Below are positions 37,211-50,527 of a DNA stretch of 64,000 nt, piece after piece. The DNA lies in contig OZ024759.1 in assembly GCA_964016885.1 (NCBI GenBank), forward strand, positions 12,090,001 through 12,154,000, given 5' to 3'. Numbering within the stretch: the first letter of the stretch is position 1; every line of letters begins with the position of its first letter. This stretch comes from Eledone cirrhosa. Its lineage: Eukaryota. Position numbers and translations under genes: made by a program. The notes under the pieces were generated by a model. The model was not told the DNA's origin and made no database searches. It saw only the letters and a program-made list of their open reading frames with translations.

Positions 37211-40200
37211 GTAAAGTGGTAGTGCTGGTGACAATACATTGTCTACCCAGTAAGATGGTAGTGCTGGTGACAATACATTGTCTACCCAGTAAGATGGTAG
37301 GGCTGGTGACAATACATTCAGTCTACTCAGTAAGATGGTAGTGCTGGTGACAATACAGTGTCTACTCAGTAAGATGGTAGTGGTGGTGACAATACATTGT
37401 CTACCCAGTAAGATGGTAGTGCTGGTGACAATACATTGTCTACCCAGTAAGATGGTAGTGCTGGTGACAATACATTCAGTCTACTCAGTAAGATGGTAGT
37501 GCTGGTGACAATACAGTGTCTACTCAGTAAGATGGTAGTGGTGGTGACAATACATTGTCTACCCAGTAAGATGGTAGTGCTGGTGACAATACATTGTCTA
37601 CCCAGTAAGATGGTAGTGCTGGTGACAATACAGTGTCTACTCAGTAAGATGGTAGTGCTGGTGACAATACATTTAGTCTACTCAGTAAGATGGTAGTGCT
37701 GGTGACAATACATTGTCTACTCAGTAAGATGGTAGTGCTGGTGACAATACATTTAGTCTACTCAGTAAGATGGTAGTGCTGGTGACAATACATTTAGTCT
37801 ACTCAGTAAGATGGTAGTGCTGGTGACAATACATTTAGTCTACTCAGTAAGATGGTAGTGCTGGTGACAATACATTCAGTCTACTCAGTAAGATGGTAGT
37901 GCTGGTGACAATACATTGTCTACTCAGTAAGATGGTAGTGCTGGTGACAATACAGTGTCTACCCAGTAAGATGGTAGTGCTGGTGACAATACATTTAGTC
38001 TACTCAGTAAGATGGTAGTGCTGGTGACAATACAGTGTCTACTCAGTAAGATGGTAGTGCTGGTGACAATACATTGTCTACCCAGTAAGATGGTAGTGTT
38101 GGTGACACAATACATTGTCTACCCAGTAAGATGGTAGGGCTGGTGACAATACATTTAGTCTACTCAGTAAGATGGTAGTGCTGGTGACAATACAGTGTCT
38201 ACTCAGTAAGATGGTAGTGCTGGTGACAATACATTGTCTACCCAGTAAGATGGTAGTGCTGGTGACACAATACATTGTCTACCCAGTAAGATGGTAGGGC
38301 TGGTGACAATACATTTAGTCTACCCAGTAAGATGGTAGTGCTGGTGACAATACATTGTCTACCCAGTAAGGTGGTAGTGCTGGTGACAATACAGTGTCTA
38401 CCCAGTAAGATGGTAGTGCTGGTGACAATACATTGTCTACCCAGTAAGATGGTAGTGCTGGTGACAATACATTTAGTCTACTCAGTAAGATGGTAGGGCT
38501 GGTGACAATACATTGTCTACCCAGTAAGGTGGTAGTGTTGGTGACACAATACATTGTCTACCCAGTAAGATGGTAGTGCTGGTGACAATACATTTAGTCT
38601 ACTCAGTAAGATGGTAGTGGTGGTGACAATACATTTAGTCTACTCAGTAAGATGGTAGTGCTGGTGACAATACATTGTCTACTCAGTAAGATGGTAGTGC
38701 TGGTGACAATACAGTGTCTACCCAGTAAGATGGTAGTGCTGGTGACAATACATTGTCTACCCAGTAAGATGGTAGTGCTGGTGACAATACATTGTCTACC
38801 CAGTAAGATGGTAGTGCTGGTGACAATACATTGTCTACCCAGTAAGATGGTAGTGCTGGTGACAATACATTGTCTACCCAGTAAGATGGTAGTGCTGGTG
38901 ACAATACATTGTCTACTCAGTAAGATGGTAGTGCTGGTGACACAATACATTGTCTACCCAGTAAGATGGTAGTGCTGGTGACAATACATTTAGTCTACTC
39001 AGTAAGATGGTAGTGCTGGTGACAATACATTGTCTACCCAGTAAGATGGTAGTGCTGGTGACAATACATTTAGTCTACTCAGTAAGATGGTAGTGCTGGT
39101 GACAATACATTGTCTACCCAGTAAGATGGTAGTGTTGGTGACACAATACATTGTCTACCCAGTAAGATGGTAGGGCTGGTGACAATACATTTAGTCTACC
39201 CAGTAAGATGGTAGTGTTGGTGACACAATACATTGTCTACTCAGTAAGATGGTAGTGCTGGTGACACAATACATTGTCTACTCAGTAAGATGGTAGTGCT
39301 GGTGACAATACATTTAGTCTACCCAGTAAGATGGTAGTGTTGGTGACACAATACATTGTCTACCCAGTAAGATGGTAGGGCTGGTGACAATACATTTAGT
39401 CTACCCAGTAAGATGGTAGTGTTGGTGACACAATACATTGTCTACCCAGTAAGATGGTAGGGCTGGTGACAATACATTTAGTCTACTCAGTAAGATGGTA
39501 GTGCTGGTGACACAATACATTCAGTCTACTCAGTAAGATGGTAGTGCTGGTGACACAATACATTGTCTACTCAGTAAGATGGTAGTGCTGGTGACAATAC
39601 ATTTAGTCTACTCAGTAAGATGGTAGTGCTGGTGACACAATACAGTGTCTACCCAGTAAGATGGTAGGGTTGGTGACACAATACATTCAGTCTACTCAGT
39701 AAGATGGTAGGGCTGGTGACACAATACAGTGTCTACCCAGTAAGATGGTAGTGCTGGTGACACAATACAGTGTCTACCCAGTAAGATGGTAGTGCTGGTG
39801 ACACAATACAGTGTCTACCCAGTAAGATGGTAGGGCTGGTGACACAATACATTCAGTCTACTCAGTAAGATGGTAGTGCTGGTGACACAATACATTGTCT
39901 ACTCAGTAAGATGGTAGTGCTGGTGACAATACATTTAGTCTACTCAGTAAGATGGTAGGGTTGGTGACACAATACATTTAGTCTACTCAGTAAGATGGTA
40001 GGGTTGGTGACACAATACATTTAGTCTACTCAGTAAGATAGTAGGGTTGGTGACAATACATTTAGTCTACTCAGTAAGATGGTAGGGCTGGTGACACAAT
40101 ACATTCAGTCTACTCAGTAAGATGGTAGGGCTGGTGACACAATACATTCAGTCTACTCAGTAAGATGGTAGTGCTGGTGACACAATACATTCAGTCTTCT

Positions 40201-40310
40201 CAGTAAGATGGTAGTGCTGGTGACACAATACATTCAGTCTTCTCAGTAAGATGGTAGTGCTGGTGACACAATACATTTAGTCTACTCAGTAAGATGGTAG
40301 GGTTGGTGCC
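37211..40310. repeat. 39-42-bp satellite, ~75 copies
   Basis: Unit GTAAGATGGTAGTGCTGGTGACAATACATTGTCTACCCA and indel variants. Confidence 0.95.
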
Positions 40311-42819
40311 ACGAAAGAAGCTTGTGGTGCAAAATTGTTGGCATAAGGAAGAGCATCCAGTTGTAGAAAACAACATATGAGCAGGATGTGGTCATATACC
40401 CTGACTAGTCTCCTAACACACTCAAGCATAGCAAAGATCTAATTATATCATAGGGCAGTATCAGTAGAGCGTCAGACACCATGCTTTGCAGAGTAGAGTT
40501 GTGGCCCTTTGCGTTCTGAGTTCAAATAGATTCAACATAGCTTTTCTTGGCTTTTTCAATCTAATGGATATCCTGCACATACATATATATATAAATATAT
40601 ATATCATATATAAATATATAAAATAATAATAATAATGAAATTATTGTGTAAAGTGCTCAGGTGCACTACAACTCGTCAAAGGTGCATGTATAGTACATAG
40701 AATAATACACAAATGTCAGGGAAGTACATGTGTGTATGTGTTAGCTGTAGTGTTGGCGGATCTCGGGAAGCATGGAGGCCTTAAAGGATGCAGTGTCTCG
40801 ACAGCTAACAACTGATGCAGGTAGTTTGTTCCATGGAGGCCTTAAAGGATGCAGTGTCTCGACAGCTAACAACTGATGCAGGTAGTTTGTTCCATGGAGG
40901 CCTTAAAGGATGAAGTGTCTCGACAGCTAACAACTGATGCAGGTAGTTTGTTCCATGCTTCAGCAACTCTGAGCGTGAAAAAATGTTTCCGAAAGTCATG
41001 GGAACTGTGCTGTTTTCTTACTTTGTGGGCATGTCCACGAGTGTTAGACACATGGAAATCAAAAAGTTACTCAGGGTTGTTGTTGGCAACATGGTTAACA
41101 ATATATATATATATATTTTTTTCCGTGGCGCCTGCACGTCCACTTTACAGTGAGTGCTGGGTCCTTTTTTTTTTGCCGTGGCACCTCCACAACCACTTTG
41201 CAGTGGAATGATAGGGACCCCAGTCCTATCATCTCATTTCTACAGCTGAGTAAACTGGAGCAATGTGAAATAAAGTGTCTTGCTCAAGGAAACAACACAT
41301 CACCTGGTCTGAGAACTGAACTCACAACCTTGAAATCGAAAGCACCACGGAAAAAAAGGCACCCAGCACTCACTGTAAATGAGGTTGGTGTTAGGAAGGG
41401 CATCCAGCTGTAGAAATCAAGCCAGAATCAGTTCCCGTCCCACCCTTGCAAGCAGGGAAAAGCGGATATAAAATGATGATGTATGCATGATATCCATAGA
41501 TATTCTAAATCCCTCAAAATTACATACCCACACAGTCACACCCATGTTTCACTACCATGCAGCTTTGAGCACTTCATACAGCCTTCCTTTTGTACGTAGA
41601 GAGAAGCCTTTTGTTGTCAGTAGTGGAAGCAGTTCTCTAAACTTCTTCCATCCTATCCTTATTCAAGCTATTGTATCTACATCTGTTGTCGTCATCATTG
41701 ATTATCGTCCATCTTCCACGCTAGCATGGGTTAGACGGGTCCTATTTTGAGGCAAGTTGTGTCAGGTGACCATGGCTCGCTCACATAGGGGTGTTTCTGG
41801 CTGGTTTCCTACAGTTGGATGCTCTTCCTAACACTAACTATATTTACAGTGTATGTGTTGTTTCCTTGAGCAAGACACTTTGTTTCACATTGCTCCAGTT
41901 TACTCAGCTGTAGAAATGAGATGATAGGGACTGGGTCCCTATCATTCCACTGCAAAGTGGTCGTGTAGGTGCCACGGCAAAAAAGCACCCAGCACTCACT
42001 GTAAATGAGGTTGGTGTTAGGAAGGGCATCCAGCTGTAGAAATCAAGCCAGAATCAGTTCCCGTCCCACCCTTGCAAGCAGGGAAAAGCGGACGTAAAAT
42101 GAAATGATATATGTATTATAATGTCACCTTTTGCTTCTTTGTATTAGAATGATTACAACTACATTTATGCTCCTGAGGATACGGAGCAGTGGACCGGTCG
42201 CCAGTTTATCTACTGAGGCACATCTCGCCTACATTGAAACGTTCGTAGAGTAAAATAATGTTGTAAATCTTGTGCAGGGCGATCAAAATTGATGGAAGCT
42301 ACGGAATAGGTAGACCCACAAAAACCTGGGACGATTTGATAAATTCCGACCTTACACACTTGCACCTCTCCAAGACAATGTCACTGGACCGAGATCTTTG
42401 GCGCTACGCAGTAATACAGAAGACCCACCTTGCCTATGTACAAAGCGAAACCCAGTCAGTAGACACCTCTTAGCCAAAAATACACCCCCATCCCACTACC
42501 CCCATCAACACCAACCCTTTCTCTGTAAAGTTATGTTGGTACCACAACATCCAGTCCTAAATAAATGAGGTCGTGTAGGTGTCACAACAAAAAAACAGTC
42601 CATGCTGTAATGTGGCCGTGTAGGTAACAAGGTAAAAACCTCCCAGTCCACACTGTAAACGTGGTTGGTGTTAGGAAGGGTATCCAGCCGTAGAAAACCT
42701 GCCAGACAGTCCTATACGAGTGAGACGACCAATCTTGCCTCAAGTGGGACAATTGCTGCCTAAACCCATGCTAGCGTGGAAGATAGACGTTAAACGATGA
42801 TGATGATAGAGAGAGGAAC

Positions 42820-43870
42820 ATGTGAACAGTCAAGCATAAATGAGATTAGGCATAAGAGGGATCAGATGTTGTGTGCAGGAGAGGAGATTGTGTTGGTATG
42901 GACATGTGATACATATGAAGGATGACATTTGTATAAAAGAGTGCAGAGCGCGCAAAGTTGATGGTAGCCATGGAGTAGGCAGGCCTAGGAAGACTTGGGA
43001 TGAGGTAATAAGAGCAGACTTTGCTCAATTACACTTCACTAAGGCAATGACACAGGACCGTGACCTCTGGCGCTTTGAAGTATTACATAAGACATACCCT
43101 CTATTGTTCTCGGGCTGAAGCATATACCTAGTAGGCAACACCATTCCCTACCATCTCCCCTATACCTATGTCCCCAATTTCCCCATCCCACCCCAGTTTC
43201 CAACCTTCTCTATAAAGTAATCCCCCTTGGAGCTACAAGAGTCCAGCCCACACTATAGTAGTCATGACAAAAGCGAGAGCTCAGTCCACACTGTAAAGTA
43301 GTCATGTAGGTGTCACGATAAAAAGCACCCAGTACACACTGTAAAGTAGTCATGTAGGTGTCACGACAAAATGCACCCAGTACACACTATAAAGTAGCCA
43401 TGTAGGTGTCACGACAAAAAGCACCCAGTACACACTATAAAGTAGTCATGTAGGTGTCACGACTAAAAGCACCCAGTACACACTGTAAAGTAGTCATGAA
43501 GGTGTCATGACTAAAAGCACCCAGTACACACTGTAAAGTAGTCATGTAGGTGTCACGACTAAAAGCACCCAGTACACACTGTAAAGTAGTCATGAAGGTG
43601 TCATGACTAAAAACACCCAGTACACACTGTAAAGTAGTCATGAAGGTGTCACGACTAAAAGCACCCAGTACACACTGTAAAGTAGTCATGTAGGTGTCAC
43701 GACTAAAAGCACCCAGCCCTCACTGTAAATATGGTTGGCGTTAGGAAGGACATCCACACTAGAAACCAAGCCACAATCAGTTGTATGAGTGAATCACTCC
43801 ACCCTGACAACAAATGGACAGCCCGTGGTACCCATGCTAGCATGGAAGATGGACGTTAAACGATGGTAAT
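42820..43870 (+). mobile_element. RTE-clade LINE 3' end
   Basis: RRLCWYGHV..GRPRKTWDEVIRAD followed by the family 3' UTR and tail. Confidence 0.75.
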
Positions 43871-43923
43871 GAATTAACTGCAGGCTCCTTTTCTTAACCC
43901 CAGTAATATTGTTATTTAATTCA

Positions 43924-43960
<37 letters not shown>

Positions 43961-44324
43961 TGTGTGTGCTTAAATCTGTGGTTAGAGAGATGGTTTCGAG
44001 AGGTTGCGAGTTCGATTCCCGAACTGGGCGATACGTTATGGCCAGGAGGTGTGACCGGTATCGGAAAGACCAATGGAAACATTGTTTCCTTGTCCAATTT
44101 AGGGAGTTCCACTCAACTCGGTAAGCGAATGAGGTCTGGGATTTTGTCGATAGTTTTCTCCATATAATGTGTATAAAACACGCATATATATTATTCAGAA
44201 TATTAATAAATGAAGACGTTGACATAATCAAAATGTTTTATTATATATATTTCGAAGGTACTGTGATGTTTTTTCAATTCCAGTATTGGCATCAAGACTG
44301 TAGAGGTATGTCATACATCAATTC

Positions 44325-44395
44325 ATGTATTTTATCTGACGAGGACGTACTGAAAAAAACAGCACAGTACCTTCGAAATATATATAATAAAACAT
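44325..44395 (+). ncRNA. Minimal type I hammerhead ribozyme-like motif
   Basis: TTTTAT-CTGACGA-GGACGTACTG..CAGTACCTTC-GAAA-TATATA-TA-ATAAAA; 6-bp stem I, 9 of 10 pairs in stem II. Confidence 0.7.
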
Positions 44396-45651
44396 ATATT
44401 TTGATAATGTGAATGTCTTCATTTATTAATATTCTGAATAATATTAATAACTCCAGAAACCTTCTTTGTAGAGTGCTTTTAATCTATTGTAAAACTATAT
44501 TCATTGAGTAATCAATGAACCATATTAACCTTTGGTTCTGGTTATATATATATATTTTAAATAACAATATTTCTGGGGTTGAAAAAAAAAGAGTCTACAT
44601 TTGTAAAGAAGATTTCAATCCTTTCAAACAATATATACTTTAGACATTATCCTTTTCATCAGTTTTTTAGAGAAATACAAAGAAAAACTTACTTCTAAAA
44701 AAAGTCTCCGTCCATTTTTTACGAGAATCTAAATAAATCTAAATAAAAGGTAATGACGCAGTTATCGTTCTTTAAATTTCCCACCAGGAAAGATTTAGTG
44801 TCTAATGACGCAAAAGGATCGACATTTTACTTCAACTCTGGCACTCTGGGAACAAATTTTTCAATGAACTTTTTTTTTAATATGACGCATTTACAAATTT
44901 CTTTTATAGCTGCCAGCTTGTTTTGTAAAAATAAATAAATGTTGGTCATAAACTTATATAATTTCGTATAAAGTTTTATAATGTTCAAGTCAGGATCAGT
45001 GTACGTTAATCTTTACGTGTAGTTTAACTAACCCTATCGTAATATTTACTACCAGAGAAGCTAATAAAATTTGTACACAGGTTTATAAAGAAGTGTGAGG
45101 GTAGACAAGAAAAGGTTATTGAAAAATAAACCTAGCAGTAAAAATGTTATACCATTTATTTTTAATATTTTTTAATATTTTATACTGATCGTCTGCAAGT
45201 CACGGACATTTGTTTTTTGAGCAACAGATGTAAAACAAGAGGTGAGGTGAGAGGTAGTAACAACAATAGTGGTGGCAGTACTGAGATTTTTATTTAATGA
45301 AACCGATGGATAAATCTCATTAAACTAAAATTAATTTAAAATCTATTAATTTTTATTTCTTAAAGACTGTTAATTTCATAACCAGCATCCCATGTGTTGT
45401 AGTTAATGTGTTCTCAGCAAACAGTATAGGTTCATTTAAATATATTTTTACCGACTTTTGTGTGTGTATATGTATATACATATATATATCCATTCTAACC
45501 ATGCTAGCGTGGAAAATGGACGTTAAATGATGATATATATATGAGAAGTAAATATGTTTTGAAACAGTGAGCAGGTTTGAAATTAGAAAATAGAGTAGCT
45601 AACCCATGTAAGAATGGAAAAATAGACGTTAAACGGTGATGATAATAATAA

Positions 45652-46036
45652 TAATAATAATAATGATATATATTTATATAGAAATGACTTCTCCAGGACT
45701 AGAACTGTTTCATTCATATGCAATCATCAGGGAAGTCGACTTTGTGATGATTTCATACAATATATATATATATATAGAATAGCTTTCACGGTATTTTTTA
45801 ACTAAAGAAATTTTAGTCTGAACCCTCAAATAAATGGAAAAAGATATCTGAGGGTTCTAGACCCCATTATCAGACTAAAATTTCTTTAGTAAAAAAAATA
45901 CGGTGAAAGCTATTCTATATATATATATTTTATATGAAATCATCACAAAGTCGACTTCCCTGATGATTGCATATGAATGAAACAGTTCTAGTCCTGGAGA
46001 AGTCATTTCTATATAAATATATATCATTATTATTAT
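45652..46036. repeat. Long near-perfect inverted repeat (~170-bp arms, ~48-nt loop)
   Basis: 45652-45821 is the reverse complement of 45869-46036. Confidence 0.9.
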
Positions 46037-46616
46037 CATTGGGCGGTGGTGGATTGGCAGTATCGGTAGAGGGTCGGACGCCATGCTTTCCAGCATAGTT
46101 ACGTCCCTTTACGATCTGAGTTCAAATCCCGCCGAGGTTGACTTTGCCTTTCATCCTTATGGGGTCGATAAAATAAAGTACCAGTAATGCACTGGGTAAT
46201 TGCTGGCCTTGTGCCTAAAGTAGAAACAATTATTATTATTATCATCACCGTTTAACGTCTATTTTTCCATGCTTGCATGGATTAGATGGGTCAAACACGT
46301 TAAGAGACAAGTCTGGCCAGTTGGCCATACCATACCTTGCTCAAACAGAACTGTATTTTGGTAAGGATTTTTACAGCTGGATGCCCTTCCTAACACCAAC
46401 CACGTTTACAGTGTGGAATATGAACTTGACATGGTCACCTGACCCAACTTGCTTCAAACAGGACAACCGGTCTAATCCATGCTAGCGTGGAAAACAAGTT
46501 AAACAATGATGATGATTTATATGTTAAGTATTTCCATGGAAAAGGTACAAGAAAGAAGAGTGCTCTATGTATGATACAGAGCTATTTAATTACATAATAA
46601 ACAACACAATATAATT

Positions 46617-46671
46617 ATTCCATTACCAAAGGTTTCAAGAAACTAGACAATCCTTGTTCATCAGATAAAAT
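46617..46671 (-). ncRNA. Type I hammerhead ribozyme-like motif
   Basis: Minus strand reads ATTTTAT-CTGATGA-..-GAAA-CC-TTT-GG-TA-ATGGAAT; degenerate sister copy at 27633-27706 (-). Confidence 0.55.
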
Positions 46672-46869
46672 ATATATATAAACATATATACACTTACATA
46701 CACACAATACTTAATAAGTCAGCCACCAGGCTTTAAAACCATAGGTAGAATCTTTCATAATGAAAAATTAATAATTAACAAGATTTCATATTTGTGAAAA
46801 TATACATCAAATTCTTTGGCTTTTATTATTTTCTTTTAATGCAATGGAATGTCATTTATCGTTCACACC

Positions 46870-47370
46870 GATGTAGGTTTAGCTGGCCTCATATGAGTTT
46901 GTATCTCATAGGAGGTTTCTTGAGTGTTTTAATGATAGAGGACCACAATCCTATCATGTTACAGCCCACACCTATGTAGGTTTAGCTGGCCTCCTATGAG
47001 TTTGTATCTCATAGGAGGTTTCTTGAGTGTTTTAATGATAGAGGACCACAATCATATCATGTTGTTACAGCCCATACCTATGTAGGTTTAGTGAGACTCC
47101 TACAAGGTGGTACCTCATAGGAGATTTCTCGAGTATTTTAATGATAGGGACCCCAGTCCTATAATGTTGTTACAGCTCGCACTTATCTACGTTTAACTGG
47201 CCTCCTACAAGGTTGTACCTCATAGGAAGTTTCTTGGCTGTTTTAATGATAGGGATCCCAGCCCTATCATGTTGTTACAGCTCTCACCTATGTAGGTTCA
47301 GTGAACCTCCTATGATGTACCTCATAGGAGGTTTCTTGAGTATTTTAATGATAGGGGGCCTGGTCCTGTC
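46870..47370. repeat. ~105-bp x5 diverged array
   Basis: TGTAGGTTTAG recurs every 103-106 bp; abuts a minus-strand SINE head (47380-47491). Confidence 0.85.
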
Positions 47371-47602
47371 ATGATAAGCAATGTGAAAGGAAGTGTCTCA
47401 CTCAAGAACACAACTCACCAGCCGGCCCAGGAATCGAACCCATAACCTTGTGATCACAAGACCAATAACTTAACCAGCAGGCCACACCTCTTGACCACGC
47501 AGTAAATGAAGTAGGAAGAGGAAGACACAGGCCACACCTCTTGACCACACAGTAAATAAAGTAAGAAGAGTCAGGCCACACTGTAAATAGAAGTGGAAGA
47601 TC

Positions 47603-48019
47603 TCAATTAGCTATTGCAACTGACACAACATTATCACCTCGAATGAACAACTGGTTGACATGCCGCAGACAAACTTTGGTCTTCAGTCTGCTGTAAACTA
47701 AACACGGTTCAATCCTTGAAGACAAACACACAACAGGTAGTTTCGATCCTGGTAATATGTCAGCAATAACTCGTTCTTGTGGAGCGAGACGTTCAGACGA
47801 GAGAACCTTCTCTCTACATTCAGCATATCTCTCTTGTCTTAGTTCCTTACGTGTTCTACCATCGAATTCTTCCTCTTCACTTGAGCCAACCTCTTCTTCT
47901 TCTTCTTCTTCTTCCTCATCTTGTTCTTGTTGTTGGTGTCGTTGGGAGTAAATGTTATCGTTGTCGCTGTTCTCCTCGTCAGAGTTACCAGGACTTCCCG
48001 AGGGGACAATCGGAAACAC
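47603..48019 (-). CDS. LSM11: LSM11 exon 4 (acidic spacer plus Sm motif 2); spliced product 331 aa
   Basis: TTCGTCAG| then VFPIVP..poly-E..RHVNQLFIRGDNVVSV..*; a long Sm1-Sm2 spacer is characteristic of LSM11. Confidence 0.9.
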   Translation of the reverse strand: MFPIVPSGSPGNSDEENSDNDNIYSQRHQQQEQDEEEEEEEEEVGSSEEEEFDGRTRKELRQERYAECREKVLSSERLAPQERVIADILPGSKLPVVCLSSRIEPCLVYSRLKTKVCLRHVNQLFIRGDNVVSVAIAN

Positions 48020-48067
48020 CTGACGAATTAAAAATAAATATAAACAATTAAATGAATAACAATTTAA

Positions 48068-48252
48068 CCCTTTAGCATTTAAACCGGCCGTATCCGGCTG
48101 AAATTCTCTCACCCCTTTCTGTTCAAACCAGCTGCTCATACTGATATTAAGGTATTGTTCTCAAAATCACATGGATTCCACATTATGTGAGGTAAGACCT
48201 TTACTTCAAAAAAATATAATAGTAAATATAGAGTAATGCAAATGCTAAAGGG
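48068..48252. mobile_element. MITE A (TIR CCCTTTAGCATTT, TTAA flanks, piggyBac-like). Copies at ~8186-9022, 10381-10630, 11854-12049, 14130-14982 (split), 20882-21160, 21972-22828
   Basis: TTAA|CCCTTTAGCATTT ... AAATGCTAAAGGG|TTAA with shared internal sequence. Confidence 0.85.
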
Positions 48253-50527
48253 TTAATATAAATAACAAATAAATATAAACAAAAGAATCTCTTACATTAA
48301 CAGGAGGGGGATGGGGGGTATACATATGTGTGTGTGTCTACATACTTACCAGGCTGCGGTCGGCGTGGGGCTAGTGATGTAATCAACAGGTTGCACCATA
48401 ATTAGCTTACTGATATATGTATTGAAGTACACAATATATGTGCGCAAGTCACGGTCACCTGATCTGGCTTGTCTCACAACAGGACAACTCCTCTAACCCA
48501 TGCTAGCTTAGAAAAATGGATGTTAAATGGTGATGATGATGACTTTTAGACTTTTATATATAAATATATCATCATCATCATCGATTAACATCTATCTTCC
48601 ATGCTAACATGGGTTAGACAGGTCCCATTTAGAGGTGAGTTAGGTCAGGTGACTATGTCTCGTTCATATAGGAGAGTTTCTGGGTAGGAAATTTGATTTT
48701 CCGGCTCGGTACCAATGCATTACCATTTATGTATGTATGTATGTATATATATATATATCTCCCGGTAATTTTGGATGGCTATTGACTCTTAAGAGCTCCT
48801 TTGCCCTTTGACAGGTTTTGTTTTTAGTCCTGCAGGATGTCCAAATGACCCCTTTGTCAAGGCAGAATTCTAGGAGAAGGAAAACTCTGATATAACACCT
48901 GCAACCCTGATGGTATCCAATGATGTTGACTTGTTCTTCTTTTTGGTAAATATCATCTTGGTTAAGAGAGTGGGACTGGCTTTGTGCAGTGCCTTTGCTC
49001 ACTATAAAAGCTTCACGGCACAGGCATTGCTTTATATCTGGAGATCTCTCTGCACTTGTCGTCACATGGTACCATGGGCCCAGCACTATGTGTCAATAAT
49101 TGTCACAAGTGTAGTGTTTGTACCAGAGTTTTCAAGTCGCTCGCTGGACTAAAAAGTCACACTCGTTCAGCACATCGGTAGGGGTTCTCCTACATGGATA
49201 TAAAGTAGTGGCCGTACTCGAAAACGAGTTGGCAGCCACCATATATATATATATATATAAAAGTATGTTTTGAAACAGTGAGCAAGTTTGAAATTAGAAA
49301 TAGAAGCTTTCACCGTATTTTTTGACTAGAGAAATGTTAGCCTGATAGTGGGGTTTAGAACCCTCAGAAAAATGGAAAAAGATGAGTATTGACGTACATG
49401 TATGTCAACACTCATCTTTTTCCATTTCTCTGAGGGTTCTAAACCCCACTTATCAGGCTAAAATTTCTCTAGTCAAAAAATACGGTGAAAGCTTCTATTT
49501 ATATATACATATATATATATATATATATAAGTTTTTTCAAATTGAAGGATGAGTATTTTAAACTTTATTTTATCATGAGTTAAGGCTCTATTGATTTTTC
49601 CCTGGATTTCACTAAATTCTGTGGATGAATCTATATCCTGATTCTCTTTGAGATGAGTTTGAATTATTTTTCCCACATTTTACGTTAACTATTTTTCCCA
49701 TTTTGACGCTATAGTCACTTATATATTATGGAATACTGTTGGCTTTTCGCTACAATGTTTTCTATACCTTTCATTTATATATATATATACAACATCCAGG
49801 CCGAAACAAATGAGATCGTGTAGGTGTCACGACAAAAAACACACAGTCCACGCTGTAAATGTGGCCGTGTAGGCAACACGGTAAAAACCTCCCAGCCCCA
49901 CACTGTAAATGTGGTTGGTGTTAGGAAGGGCATCCAGCTGTAGAAAACCCGCCAGACAGTCCTATGCGAGCAAGACAATCACTCTTGCCTCAAGTGGGAA
50001 AACCTCCGTCCAAACCCATGCAAGCGTGGAACACGGACGCTAAACCTGATGATGATGATGATGATGATGATGATATATATATATATATATATATATCATC
50101 ATCATCATTTGACACCGCCTTTGCCTGCTTGCAAGGGTGGGACGATTCCTATTCAGCACAGCATCTCTCCCTCGTCATCTCCATGAGCTTCAGCTATCTG
50201 AGGTCGGCTCTCACCACCCATAACTTTCATGGTCTTCCTTTACTGAGTCTTCCTTCTACTGGAATTTATAGGCAGTTCTTTACCCAGTGGCTATCTCCAT
50301 GCACGTCACATGTCCATACCAACGTAGTCTTCTCTCCTGCACACTACATCCTATCCCTCTTATACACAGTTTCTCTCTCAACATTGACATTGCACATCCA
50401 ACGGAGCATGCTTGCTTCATTTCTCTTCAGTCGTCACATACCCTCCGCAGTTGCTGCTAATGTCTCACTACCATGCAGCATCACGCACAGGCATCATATA
50501 TATATATATATACACACACATATAGAT

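Noticed and set aside
32405-40310. CRISPR-like regular arrays
   Set aside because: No unique spacers, eukaryotic context, no cas genes; these are plain tandem repeats.
48342-48410. U1 snRNA-like start ATACTTACC
   Set aside because: Only the reverse complement of a donor consensus; the downstream sequence does not resemble U1.
48727-49152. ORFs in LSM11 intron 3
   Set aside because: No recognisable domain or splice support; likely a decayed repeat fragment.
49335-49375. Hammerhead in the 49.3-49.5 kb palindrome (CTGATAG..GAAA)
   Set aside because: Core is defective and there is no stem III/NUH or stem I partner.
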